A DNA stretch of 64,000 bases from assembly GCA_963760625.1 (NCBI GenBank), contig CAVXDU010000003.1, positions 22,127 to 86,126 of the forward strand, given 5' to 3'. Each line of letters begins with the position of its first letter. The first letter of the stretch is position 1. The translations under genes were made by a program, and so were the position numbers. Of this stretch, positions 11,095-21,567 are shown piece after piece. The notes below the pieces were generated by a model, which saw nothing but the letters and a program-made list of their open reading frames with translations, did no database searches and was not told the DNA's origin. Origin of the DNA: an uncultured Chloroflexia bacterium. GTDB lineage: Bacteria; Chloroflexota; Limnocylindria; Limnocylindrales; CSP1-4.

Positions 11095-12979
11095 ATGGAT
11101 GTCGCCGACGGTCCAGCCCGGACCGCGTCGAGCGCCACGCTGCGGATGGACTGGATCCTGGCGGTCCTCTCGGTGTGGCTCGTCGGAGCGTTCTACATCG
11201 ACCTGTGGGCTCATGCCCACGGGGAGGTCGACGACACGTTCCTGACCCCCTGGCACGCGATGCTGTACGCGGCCGCAGCGACATATGGGGTCGTGCTCGT
11301 CGCGGCCATCGTGCTGGGAGGTCAGCGCCGACGGATTCCGGGATGCGCTCCCCCCACCGTACTGGATGGGCTTCGTCGGCTTCATCCTGTTCTGGGTCGC
11401 CGGGATGCTGGACATGACCTGGCACTCGTTCTTCGGGTTCGAGGTCGACATCGAGGCGCTCCTCAGCCCGACCCACCTGCTGCTGGCCACGGCCGGCGTG
11501 CTGATGGTCGGCGCCCCCATCCGGGCACGCGGCGCCGCGCTGACATCGGGTGGTGTCCGGACGTGGCGGACGGCCGGACCGCTCGTGATCCCGACGGCCA
11601 TGGCGGTGGCGATCCTGGGGGCCTTCACCCAGTACGTCCATCCGTTCGTCGACGCGTGGGCGGCTGCCCTCCCCGGGGACGTGGTCACACCGACGGCGCA
11701 GCTGTACGCGATGGCCGCTGATGGCTCCGGCCAGCGTCGGCTCACTATCGTGCCCGGACATGCCCTGGGGCCGGCGTGGTCCCCGGACGGAGCGCGGATC
11801 GTATACGCATATCAGCCCGGGCCCGATGACGTCAGCGGGCTGCCTGCCGGCATCCGGTCCATGGCACCCGACGGCAGCAACGACCATCCGCTCGTGACCG
11901 GCTACGCCGGGTCGGGGCCGGCCTGGTCGCCAGATGGACAGCAGATCGCCTTCTCCGCGGAGGTCGACGGGCAACTGGACCTGTTCCTGATGCGGGCCGA
12001 CGGGACGGACGTCCGCCGGCTCACCGACGACCCGGCGTCCGACTGGGGCGTCGCCTGGGTGCCGGATGGGCGCACGCTGCTGTTCATCTCTGATCGAGGT
12101 GGTGGGTATCACATCCACCGGTTCGACCTCGCTACCGGCCAGGTCGCCCCCGTGACCAGCGGTCCGTGGCAGGACTACGACCCGGCCATCTCGCCCGATG
12201 GCACGCGGCTCGCCTTCACCTCCGACCGTCGCGGCGGCGGCCGCCATGACGTGTGGCTGGCTGACATCGACGGTGGCTCGCCATCCCGGCTGACGAACGG
12301 CGAGGACGTGGGCGACAGCTACATGCCGACCTGGTCGCCCGACGGCTCGACGATCGCGTTCACGTCCAACCGGACGGGCGACCTCGAGGTATTCACGATG
12401 CCCGTGACCAGTGGCGCGGCAGTCAACTTGAGCCGCAACCCGGGTGCCGATGATGGCTGGGCTCGCGCCGCCTGGTCGCCCGACGGGATGACGATCGTCT
12501 ACCCGTCGACCGGGAACGTGCCCTACTGGCGGGTACCGCCCGTCAGGCAGGGGTTCGGGGCCGCTGGGATCCTGGTCAGCGCGGCAGTGCTGGCGGGGGC
12601 GCTGGTCCATCTGCGGCGGCGCTACGGCACATTGCCCGTGGGGGCCTACGGGGTGGTCATCGGGGTGCCGCTCGCCCTCGTCACGGTCCTGCGCGACGAG
12701 TACCGGCTGCTGCCAGGGATCCTGGCGGCCGCGCTCATCGTGGAACTGATCGTGCGCCGGTGGCCCGCTGGCGCGAACAGGACAGGCGACGCCCTCGTGG
12801 CATTCCTCGTGCCGGCCGTCGTCTTCTCGCTGTACTTCGCGACGATCGCGGTCACCGACGGCATCGGCTGGACCATCCACCTCTGGATGGGCGCCATCGT
12901 GATCGCCGGCATCATCGGCTTGCTCCTTGATGAACTGGGCCGGCCCGCCACCGTCGGCGGGACCGCGCGCCCACCTTGA
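11095..12979 (+). CDS. Polytopic membrane protein with inserted TolB/PD40 beta-propeller (frameshift ~11325)
   Basis: TM segments (DLWAH, TPWH, SPTH) flank repeated PAWSPDG..IAF motifs; more TM helices at the C-terminus. Confidence 0.82.
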
Positions 12980-13020
12980 CCGACGCCGTCGGCTTCCAGG
13001 CCAGGGTGCCGCCGTGTGAC

Positions 13021-13074
13021 CACCCGCCCCGGCGGCGTGTCCATCACCCTCGCCACCTCGCGCTGCTGCTGCCG
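13021..13074 (-). pseudogene. Integrase extreme C-terminal scar
   Basis: QQQREVARVMDTPPG vs QRQREVARGMDAVLGG. Confidence 0.6.
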
Positions 13075-13281
13075 TCTGAGCGCGTGATCGACGACATCGC
13101 CGAGCGCCTGGCGCCGGCCGATCCACGTTGTGGACGGGTGAAGACGCTCAGTGTCTTCGCCCTGATGGTCGGGACGCTCGAGGTCTCCCGCGCCCTGGCC
13201 GACCGGCGACTCGCCGACGAGGTGCTCGAACAGGGCATCGAGAACGCTCTCGCTCTACTGGGCTCGCCGCGTCATGGCTGA
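13075..13281 (+). pseudogene. TetR family C-terminal remnant
   Basis: IDDIAERLAPADP...FALMVGTLEVSRALADRRLADEVLEQGIENALALL; no HTH or start. Confidence 0.6.
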
Positions 13282-13378
13282 TGCGACCGGGCCTAGTGCC
13301 GAGTCGTTCCTCGGGCCCCAGAAGGCGCGCTTGACCCCGGTCGGTGCTCTCGATGGGCTCGGTAGTTGGAGCATTATG

Positions 13379-13409
13379 TTGCACTATCGGTGCACCAGTG
13401 GTGTATCCT
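13379..13409 (+). promoter_or_regulatory. Probable leaderless promoter and XRE operator TGCAC-N5-GTGCA
   Basis: Inverted repeat at 13380-13394; TATCCT ends 7 nt before the ATG at 13416. Confidence 0.5.
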
Positions 13410-13415
13410 TGAGGC

Positions 13416-14006
13416 ATGACCTCACCCGACATTGACCTCATGTCCGTCATCGGCGAGCGGGTCCGCGCGCGGCGCCGTGCTCTCGGATGGACCCTCGACG
13501 AGCTGGCGGACCGTTCGGGTGTCAGCCGCAGGATGCTCGTGAACGTCGAGCAAGGGACGACCAACCCCAGCATCGCCACGCTCCTCCGCCTCAGCGGCGC
13601 GCTGGGGGTCGGCCTCCCGTCCCTGGTCGCGGCCAGTGACACCGGGAAACCATTCGAGGTCAACCGCGCCGGGACCCGGGCACCGCTCTGGACCGGGAGC
13701 CACGGAGGCCGGGCATTCCTGGCCCAGGGTGTGACCGCACCGGACGTGCTCGAGCTATGGGACTGGACGCTCGGGCCGGGCGACGCCCACGCGAGCGAGC
13801 CTCACGTCCCGGGCACCCGGGAGCTGCTCGCTGTGATCGAGGGAGACGTCGTCCTGTCGGTCGGCGGCGACGAGGTGGTGCTGCGGGCCGGCGACGCGGT
13901 CTCCTTCGTCGGGGACGTGGTGCACGCGTACCGCAACGATGGTCCGGCCGGGGCACGGTTCGCGCTGACAGTGTTCGAGCCGGTGGGCAAGGAGATGCGC
14001 CGATGA
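13416..14006 (+). CDS. XRE-family HTH regulator with cupin domain
   Basis: TLDELADRSGVSRRMLVNVEQGTTNPS plus a cupin C-terminus. Confidence 0.92.
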   Translation: MTSPDIDLMSVIGERVRARRRALGWTLDELADRSGVSRRMLVNVEQGTTNPSIATLLRLSGALGVGLPSLVAASDTGKPFEVNRAGTRAPLWTGSHGGRAFLAQGVTAPDVLELWDWTLGPGDAHASEPHVPGTRELLAVIEGDVVLSVGGDEVVLRAGDAVSFVGDVVHAYRNDGPAGARFALTVFEPVGKEMRR

Positions 14007-14725
14007 CCGTCGCGACACTCCAAGCCCTGCTGGCGGCCGCCGTCGTCGGCCCGACCGTCCACGAGCTTCGGCCCGACTACGTCGCGCTCCTCATCGCAGC
14101 CGACGGCCTGCCGGGCGGCCCGAGCAACGAGCGGTCGGACGGCTGGCTGCACGAGGCGGAGGCCGCGGCCGCTGCGCGGCTGGCGGGGGGCGCGCCCGAG
14201 GAGCGGCCGCACGTGGCGCTGTGGCGGGACGCCTATCGGGCCTTCGGAGCGAAGCCGCAGCGGACGCGCAACAGCCTCGAGGCGCTGCTGCGCCGCGTGC
14301 CCGACGGGCTGCCCCGGATCGACCGGCTGACCGACCTCTACAACGCGGTCTCCGTCCTGCACGAGGTGCCGCTGGGCGGCGAAGACCTGGCAGGGTACGT
14401 CGGTCCAGCGCGCCTCGTCCGCGCGGTCGGGACGGAGTCCTTCGAGACCACCGCGGAGGGCCAGCCGGTCATCGAGCACCCCGAGCCGGGCGAGGTGGCA
14501 TGGGTCGACGACGCCGGTGTCACCTGCCGTCGCTGGAACTGGCGCCAGTGCACGCGCACGCGGCTTACTGCGGCGACCACTCGGGCGCTGTTCATAGTCG
14601 ACGCCCTCGGCCCTGAGGCCCTCGCGACCGCGACCGCCACCGGTGACGATCTGGAACGGCGGCTACGCGCCCTGGACCCTGGGGTCGGGACCGCCCGGCG
14701 ACTTCTCGCTATGCCCAGCGCCTGA
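14003..14725 (+). CDS. B3/B4 (PheT editing-like) domain protein
   Basis: WRDAYRAFGAKPQRTRNSLEALLRR, DLYNAVS, TCRRWNWRQ. Confidence 0.9.
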   Translation: MTVATLQALLAAAVVGPTVHELRPDYVALLIAADGLPGGPSNERSDGWLHEAEAAAAARLAGGAPEERPHVALWRDAYRAFGAKPQRTRNSLEALLRRVPDGLPRIDRLTDLYNAVSVLHEVPLGGEDLAGYVGPARLVRAVGTESFETTAEGQPVIEHPEPGEVAWVDDAGVTCRRWNWRQCTRTRLTAATTRALFIVDALGPEALATATATGDDLERRLRALDPGVGTARRLLAMPSA

Positions 14726-14742
14726 GCACGAGGAGGCATCCC

Positions 14743-15099
14743 GTGTTCATGGTCTCATTCCTCTTCCGGCCGGGTCGCTACGACGACGAGTTCCACCGCC
14801 TGAACGCGGAGACGCAGGCGATCGCGGAGTCCACGCCGGGTTATCTCGGCTCCGAGAGCTGGTGGTCGGACGACCGGTCCGTCCGCAACGCGGTCTACTA
14901 CTGGGACGATCTAGGACACCTCTCCGACTTCTCCCGGGCCGTCCCGCACCTCGAGGCGAAGTCCCGCTACGACCGCTGGTACGACGGGTACCAGATCGTC
15001 ATCTCGGATATCCGCGACGCGTATGGCGACGGCCGCCTCCCACATCTCACCTCTCCGATCGCCAAGGTGCGACGACCGCCCGGCCCGCGGCATGGCTGA
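14743..15099 (+). CDS. Antibiotic-biosynthesis-monooxygenase-like protein
   Basis: PGYLGSESW...YYW..H..AK..Y.RWY. Confidence 0.75.
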   Translation: MFMVSFLFRPGRYDDEFHRLNAETQAIAESTPGYLGSESWWSDDRSVRNAVYYWDDLGHLSDFSRAVPHLEAKSRYDRWYDGYQIVISDIRDAYGDGRLPHLTSPIAKVRRPPGPRHG

Positions 15100-16030
15100 A
15101 GCCGGTCTGAACTCGACCGATGCCGGGCCCCTCGGGCGCGCGCTCGTTGGGACGCACCGAGTGCCCGCGTGGTCCCTGGCGGTGCTCGCGATGTTCTCAG
15201 TGCAGGTCGCATCGGCGCTGTCGACGGGCCTGTTCGCGCAGGTGGGCGCTGCGGGCACGGCCTGGCTTCGGCTCACGGCGGGTGCCGCGATGTTCCTCGC
15301 GCTCGCACGACCGCGCCTTCGCGACCGGTCGCGATCCGAGCTGCTCGGCGCTGTGGCGCTCGGCGCAGCGACGGGCGCACTGTCCGTGTGCTTCCTCTCG
15401 GCCATCGAGCGCATCCCGCTCGGGACCGCCGTCGCCATCGAGTTCCTGGGGCCGCTCGTCGTCGCGGTCGCCGGCACCCGGACCAGACTCGGGCTCGCAT
15501 GGCCGGCTCTGGCGGTGGTCGGGGTGCTCCTGCTGACCCAGCCGTGGGTCGGTTCCGTCGACCCGGTCGGGATCCTCTGGGCGGTCGGGGCCGCGGCTGC
15601 GTGGGGGCTCTACGTCCTGCTCAGCGCCCGGGTCGGCAGACGGTTCCAGGGGGTCGAGGGGCTGGCCATCACGATCCCGATCGCGGCGGTGGTCACCGCG
15701 AGCGTGGGCCTACCCCAGGCCGTCGGCCACATCACCTGGCAGGTGATCGCTGCCGTAGTGGGCATCGCCCTGCTCATGCCGGCGCTCGCCCTGTCGCTCG
15801 AGATGCTCGCCCTGCGACGGATCACCACGACCGCGTTCGGGACGCTGATGGCCTTGGAGCCCGCGATCGGTATGGCGGTCGGCATGGCCGTGCTCGCCCA
15901 GGGCCCCACGGCCATGCAGGTGGCAGGGACAGGCCTCGTGGTGGTCGCTGGCATCGGGGCCACGCGCCCAGGACGCGCGTGGCTGACCGATCGATCCGAC
16001 CTAGCGACCGAGGGGCAGCCCAAACAGCCC
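15092..16030 (+). CDS. EamA/RhtA-like DMT transporter (3' end approximate; no stop seen before the duplicated segment)
   Basis: AIERIPLGTAVAIEFLGPL, ALEPAIG. Confidence 0.85.
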
Positions 16031-16032
16031 GA

Positions 16033-16200
16033 CTGCCCGCCACGGCGGTCACACTCGTCATCTTGGTCATCGTCGCCTCCAGCTTCCGCAGGGCGCCCGA
16101 CTACGGTCTTGCCCAGTCCCCCAGCCGATGGCCTCCCGCTCCGCGACGAGCCGCAGGCTGTGCTTGTCTCCCAGTCGCCATCCCGCGACGCCGCAGCGGC
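16033..16200 (+). repeat. att-arm-like motif abutting copy 2 of the ~146-bp repeat
   Basis: 16033-16055 matches 142-164 at 22/23 nt; 16055-16200 aligns to 7905-8051. Confidence 0.85.
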
Positions 16201-16215
16201 GGTACCATGTCGTCT

Positions 16216-16231
16216 ATGGTATGCATACCAT
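16216..16231. promoter_or_regulatory. Probable LacI operator ATGGTATGCATACCAT
   Basis: Perfect 16-bp palindrome; near-copies at 18432 and 19932. Confidence 0.8.
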
Positions 16232-16483
16232 TTGCACCTGCCGGCGAAACGGAGAACGGCGCGTGCCCGTTGTGACGCCCGGGGGGTGCCAAGGACCAGC
16301 CGGGACGTCCCAAGGCATGGCGCCCGGCTCACAAGACGCGGCGAGGCTGAAGCCGGTGCCGGTGGCCGCTCGACAGCCGCCCGTGACAGGAGGACCAGCT
16401 CATCGGAGACGGCCCACCTCTGGCGCTGTCGGTCGCCCTCTGTGCCAGTTCGTGGGCGGCCGCACAGGCGGCGTGGTGAAGCG

Positions 16484-17266
16484 ATGAGTGATCTCCGTGG
16501 TCCGGTCTTCGTGACTGGGGGAGCCCACGGGATCGGCGCCGCGGTCGCGCGGCGCCTTGGGCGCGAGGGGACGCATCTCGGCGTGGCCGACATGGATCGG
16601 AACGCGGCCGCCGGGGTAGCAACGGACATCCAGGACGCGGGCGGTCACGCGACGCCGCTCGACTGCGACGTCACCGATGCCGACGCGATCCAGCATGCCC
16701 TCGCTCGGCTCGAATCGGAGGGGGAGGCGCCCGTTGCCGGAGCGGTGCTTTGCGCCGGCATCAGCGCCGAGCATCCCTTCCTGGAACATCCACTCGCGGT
16801 GTGGGACGCCGTCATCGCCGTCAACCTGACGGGGACATTCCTCGCGATCCAGGCGGTGGGTCGGTCGATGGTCGCGAGCGGGACATCGGGCGCGATCGTC
16901 GCGCTTAGCTCTGTCTCCGCGCGCGGAGGGCGCCCGACCCAGGCCGCATATGCCGCCAGCAAGGCCGGGATCCTGAGCGTCGTGCGGTCTGCGGCACTCA
17001 CCCTCGCCCCATATGGTGTGAGCGTCAACGCCATCTGTCCGGGTGTCGTGGATACCGACATGACGCACGCGATCCATGCCCGCCGCGCTGAGATGCAGGG
17101 GATCTCGAGCGAGCAGTCCCTGGCGGAGATGGTCGCCAGGATCCCGATGGGCCGGATGGAGACGCCCGACGAGGTGGCGGGCATCGTCTCATTCTTGCTC
17201 TCGCCCGCCGCTCGCTATGTCACCGGTCAGGGGATCAACGCCTGCGGCGGACTGGAGTTCGCCTGA
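16484..17266 (+). CDS. SDR family oxidoreductase
   Basis: TGGAHGIG, YAASK, NAICPG. Confidence 0.92.
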   Translation: MSDLRGPVFVTGGAHGIGAAVARRLGREGTHLGVADMDRNAAAGVATDIQDAGGHATPLDCDVTDADAIQHALARLESEGEAPVAGAVLCAGISAEHPFLEHPLAVWDAVIAVNLTGTFLAIQAVGRSMVASGTSGAIVALSSVSARGGRPTQAAYAASKAGILSVVRSAALTLAPYGVSVNAICPGVVDTDMTHAIHARRAEMQGISSEQSLAEMVARIPMGRMETPDEVAGIVSFLLSPAARYVTGQGINACGGLEFA

Positions 17267-17319
17267 CAAGCAGTCTCGGCAGAGAGCGGCCATGACACCG
17301 ACCTTCGGCGTCTTCCATG

Positions 17320-18324
17320 TCAGTTCAGGTCGGGTGGGGGACCGCTCGATCGCCTCACGATGATCTCGACGGGCAGCACTATCTCCTGACGCTCCGCGGG
17401 GCCGGTGCCTGCCAGCCTGGCGAGCAGCAGGTCCGTGGCGCGCTCACCCATCTCGTAGGCGGACTGGGCAGCCACCGTGAAGAATGGGTCGAATGTGATG
17501 GCCAGGGGCAGGTCATCGAATGCCACGACCGACATGTCCTCCGGGACCCGGACGCCCGCTTCACGCAGGGCGAGCATCGTTCCCACGGCGATGAAGTTGT
17601 TGGCCGCGAAGATGGCGGTCGCCCGCGGATGCGTCAGCAGCAGGTCGCGCGCGGCTCGCGACCCATGTTCCTGTTTGTACTCTCCCCAATAGATCTGCTT
17701 GCCTCCGCTGAACCCCGCTTCGCGCATGGCGCGGAGATAGCCGGCCACGCGGTCGCTCGCGGTGGAGACCTCGCGCGGTCCGGCCACGATGGCGATGTGC
17801 CGGTGTCCCAGCTCGAGCAGATGCCGGGTCAAGGCGTAGGCGCCACCCTCGGAGTCGCCGCGAACGGTGTCGTCAGCACCTTCCGGGAGATGCCGATCGA
17901 GCACCACGAAGGGCGTTCCGCGCTTGCGCAGGGTATCCAGCGAGCGCAGGGAGGCGGGCACCAGCAGGAAGCCATCGACCTGTTTCTTGAGCAGGAAGGT
18001 CAGGTACTCCTCCTGCTTGGCTGGGGACCCGTCCGTGTTACCGAAGATGACGTGGTAGCCGCGACGATTGGCGGCATCCTCGACTCCGCGCGCGACCATC
18101 GTCGCGAAGGGATTCATGATGTCGCCCTGGACGAGCGCCAGGGTCTGAGTGCGCTTGGTGCGCAGGCTGGGACCGAGTGAATTCGGGATGTAGGCGAGGT
18201 CGGCGATGGCCCGTTCGACCCGCTGGCGGGTCTCGGGGCGGACGTGGTCGCCGTTGTTGATGACCCGCGAGACCGTGATGGGGGAGACGCCGGCTCGCGT
18301 CGCGACGTCACGGATGGAAGGCAT
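17320..18324 (-). CDS. LacI family transcriptional regulator
   Basis: SIRDVATRAGVSPITVSRVIN plus a periplasmic-binding fold. Confidence 0.95.
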   Translation of the reverse strand: MPSIRDVATRAGVSPITVSRVINNGDHVRPETRQRVERAIADLAYIPNSLGPSLRTKRTQTLALVQGDIMNPFATMVARGVEDAANRRGYHVIFGNTDGSPAKQEEYLTFLLKKQVDGFLLVPASLRSLDTLRKRGTPFVVLDRHLPEGADDTVRGDSEGGAYALTRHLLELGHRHIAIVAGPREVSTASDRVAGYLRAMREAGFSGGKQIYWGEYKQEHGSRAARDLLLTHPRATAIFAANNFIAVGTMLALREAGVRVPEDMSVVAFDDLPLAITFDPFFTVAAQSAYEMGERATDLLLARLAGTGPAERQEIVLPVEIIVRRSSGPPPDLN

Positions 18325-18431
18325 TGCGCGAGACCTCTGACCACTGAGGTAGGCAGGACGCCCAGTCTAAGGCCCACCCGGAGGCACCGATGCGTGCCCC
18401 AACGAGCCACGCGACCCGGTATCATGCCCAA

Positions 18432-18447
18432 ATGATACGCATACCAT
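18432..18447. promoter_or_regulatory. Probable LacI operator ATGATACGCATACCAT
   Basis: 14/16 match to the palindrome; lies between divergent lacI and fucosidase genes. Confidence 0.75.
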
Positions 18448-18457
18448 CGGCATCCCG

Positions 18458-19870
18458 ATGACCTATCTGCCGACCTTGAAATCGATCGCCACTCATCCGG
18501 TCCCCGCCTGGTATCACGACGCCAAGCTGGGGATCTTCGTGCATTGGGGCCTCTACTCGGTACCCGGCTGGGCGCCGCATGGAGCCGATCGCGACGACCA
18601 GGTGGCGAGGGCCGGCTGGGAGAGTCTGTTCGCCAGCAATCCTTACGCCGAGTGGTACCAGAACACGCTCCGGATCGGTGACACGCCCACACGACGCCAT
18701 CATCAGGCGGCCTACGGGCGCGACTTCGCATACGACGACTTCGCGCCCATGTTCCGCAAGGCTGCGGAGGGCTGCGATCCGGATCGATGGGCGACGCTGT
18801 TCGAGCAGGTCGGCGCCCGCTATGTGGTCTTCACCACCAAGCATCACGACGGCTTCCTCATGTGGCCCAGCCAACACACGAGTCCCCACAAGCGGGGCCG
18901 CTTCGCCAGCGATCGAGACTTCGTGGCTGATGTCACGCAGGCCGCGCGCGCGCACCACTTGCGCGTCGGGCTCTACTACTCCGGCGGCCTCGACTGGACC
19001 TTCAGCGAGCAGCCGGTCCGGTCGTACATGGACGTCTACTCCACCATCGTCCAGGACCCGGCATTCGTGACGTATGCCACGAGACACTGGCATGAGCTCA
19101 TCGACCGGTATGCGCCGTCCATCCTCTGGAACGATATCGGTAGCCCGCGTGCCTTCGACCTCGCCGGTCTGGTGGCCGCGTACTACAACGCAGTTCCTGA
19201 TGGCCTCGTCAACGATCGCTGGGGTCAGCGACTGCCTGACCACGTGCCGGGAGCCGGTGAGATGGTCATGTCCCCGCCGGCGGCGCACTACGACTACACG
19301 ACGCCGGAGTACGACAGCTACCCGCAGGTCACCGAGCACAAGTGGGAAGCCACCCGCGGCATCGGCCGTTCGTTCGGCTACAACGCGAACGAGGGGGCCG
19401 ACGACCACCTGTCGGTCACCGAGCTGGTGCGCAGCCTGGTCGACATCGTGAGCAAGAACGGCAATCTCCTGCTGAACGTGGGGCCCATGGCCGACGGCAC
19501 CATCCCCGATCTGCAGCGCGACCGGTTGCTGGGGCTCGGAGCCTGGCTGGATGTGAACGGCGAGGCGATCTTCGAGACGCGACCCTGGCTTTCCGCCGAG
19601 GGTCGCTGTGGTGACGGGACGCAGGTCCGATTCACCCAGCGGCAGGACTCCCTGTACGCCATCCTCCTCGCTACCCCCGCGAACCGGGATGTCCTGCTGG
19701 AGGGCCTCCTGGCCGCAGACGGGACCGAGGTCCGACTCCTGGGGCAGCCCGATCCCCTGACCTACAGCCAGGCCGCTGGCCGCCTGCGGGTGACGCTGCC
19801 CGGCGGCCTCACGGATGCGGCCGCCCACGCCCTGAAGGTGACACCGAAACCGCGCCAGCTCGACGTTTGA
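18458..19870 (+). CDS. Alpha-L-fucosidase (GH29)
   Basis: WYHDAKLGIFVHWG, TTKHHDGF, LWND, VNDRW, VSKNGNLLLNVGP. Confidence 0.95.
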   Translation: MTYLPTLKSIATHPVPAWYHDAKLGIFVHWGLYSVPGWAPHGADRDDQVARAGWESLFASNPYAEWYQNTLRIGDTPTRRHHQAAYGRDFAYDDFAPMFRKAAEGCDPDRWATLFEQVGARYVVFTTKHHDGFLMWPSQHTSPHKRGRFASDRDFVADVTQAARAHHLRVGLYYSGGLDWTFSEQPVRSYMDVYSTIVQDPAFVTYATRHWHELIDRYAPSILWNDIGSPRAFDLAGLVAAYYNAVPDGLVNDRWGQRLPDHVPGAGEMVMSPPAAHYDYTTPEYDSYPQVTEHKWEATRGIGRSFGYNANEGADDHLSVTELVRSLVDIVSKNGNLLLNVGPMADGTIPDLQRDRLLGLGAWLDVNGEAIFETRPWLSAEGRCGDGTQVRFTQRQDSLYAILLATPANRDVLLEGLLAADGTEVRLLGQPDPLTYSQAAGRLRVTLPGGLTDAAAHALKVTPKPRQLDV

Positions 19871-19931
19871 CGTCCCTCAGCAAGCGTTTGACGACGCGGC
19901 GATGGCCGTGACAGGAGGCCATAGGCCCGCT

Positions 19932-19947
19932 ATGGTATGCGTACCAT
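19932..19947. promoter_or_regulatory. Probable LacI operator ATGGTATGCGTACCAT
   Basis: 15/16 match to the palindrome; upstream of the ABC operon. Confidence 0.8.
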
Positions 19948-20097
19948 GACATGGGCAGCGCGCACATCTATCGAGGCCGGGTCCCTGGAAGGAGGCCGCC
20001 GCTGATCGATCGCCACAGTTCGTGCCGATCCGGAGGGCGCGGCTCTTCGGTTGGCCATTCGCTTCCCAGACAATCGAGTCTTCCAATGGAGAGGGCA

Positions 20098-21421
20098 ATG
20101 CGAATCGCGATCCCCGTTAGGCTGCTCGTCGGAGCGCTATCGGCCGTCCTCCTGTCCAGCGGTGTGGCTACCGCGCAAGACCCCGTCCAGCTGACCGCGA
20201 CCGTGCTCGGTACCGGCCCCACACCGGTTGCGCTGCGAGCCGTCGTCGACCAGTGGAACAAGGACAACCCAGGCATCCAGGTCCGCGTCGAAACGCGTCC
20301 CGACTCCGACACGTGGCAGACGGCGGCCCCCAGCACCGAGTTCGCCGCCAGCGACGGACCAGACCTCTCGTGGTGGTGGTGCGCCCGGGCGCAGGGCTGG
20401 CGGGACATGAGCGAGACCGGGATGCTGGCGCCACTCGATGACCTGTACGCAAGCCAGGGTTGGAACACCGCCTTTCCCCAGGGCACCCTCGACTACTTCA
20501 AGGACCCCGTGGATGGGCATTACTACGGCGTCCAGGTCGACACCGTGTTCACGCCCATCGTGTTCTACAACAAGGACATCTTCGACAAGCTGGAGCTCAC
20601 CGAGCCGAAGACATGGGAGGAGTTCTACGCGGTTACCGCCGCCCTGGCCAAGGCCGGCTACATCCCGCTCTCGGCCCTCTACGGCATGCAACTGCAGAAC
20701 CACCTGCCACAGGCGCTGATGCTGCGCTCATGGACGCAGGAGGAGTACGACGCGTTCACGCAGAACTGGTCGGGCAAGGCAGATCCGGCGACCTTCGAGC
20801 ACAAGTGGACCGACCCGAACAGCGTGCGCATCTTCCAGACCATCAAGGACATGGCCGACCACAAGGTCTTCGGCGACGGCTTCCAGGCGCTGACGGACCC
20901 CGACCAGGCCAAGTCGTTGTTCCAGAGCCAGCAGGCGGCCATGTACGTGATGGGCGTCTGGGAGGCCGACAACGCGGTCGCCGAAGCGCCCTTCAACGCG
21001 GATTGGTTCTATTACCCGCCGATCGGAGACCAGAAGCCGCTCGGGGTGGTGGGCACCTGGCCGGCCGACTGCGTCATCGTCTTCCAGAACCGGGCGCATG
21101 TCGCGGAGGCGAAGCAGTTCGTCTCGTACCTCCTCTCGCCAGCAGGCATGGCCATCTTCGCGAAGGCCTTGAGCGTGCCGCCCGGTCGCACCGACCTGTC
21201 GTCCGAGTTGCTCGGCTCCGCGCTCGGCGCGAATACCGTGAAGATCTGCCGGCGAGGTCGCGACCCTCGGTTCGGCTCCCCTGTGGGAGGCATCCATCCC
21301 TAAGGAGCTGTTCGATGGGATCCGGCAGCACATCGATCTGATGCTGGCCGGAGCGGAGACCCCAGAGGAGGTCGCAGCGGCAATCGAGGAGCTCAACGTG
21401 GAGTCCCGGAAGATCAACTGA
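20098..21421 (+). CDS. Carbohydrate ABC transporter substrate-binding protein (frameshift ~21250)
   Basis: Signal peptide; FYNKDIFDKLELTEPKTWEEF. Confidence 0.88.
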
Positions 21422-21474
21422 GGCTGCACAGGTCCTGGCGCAGGATGACGGCCGGCACCTCCACCGGTCGCGAA

Positions 21475-21506
21475 GGTAGGGGTGGGCATCGGGCCCACCC
21501 CTATCC
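21475..21506 (+). terminator. Intercistronic hairpin
   Basis: ggtaggggtgggc-atcgg-gcccacccctatcc. Confidence 0.55.
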
Positions 21507-21567
21507 TCGTTGTATCGGACCCAGGCACCGGCTACGCTGGCTCCCACGGGGAGGGTTCGCGTGACGG

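Noticed and set aside
15023-17266. 747-aa EamA-SDR fusion ORF
   Set aside because: The linker runs through the duplicated segment and a LacI operator, and the SDR has its own start at 16484. It is read-through, not a plausible fusion.
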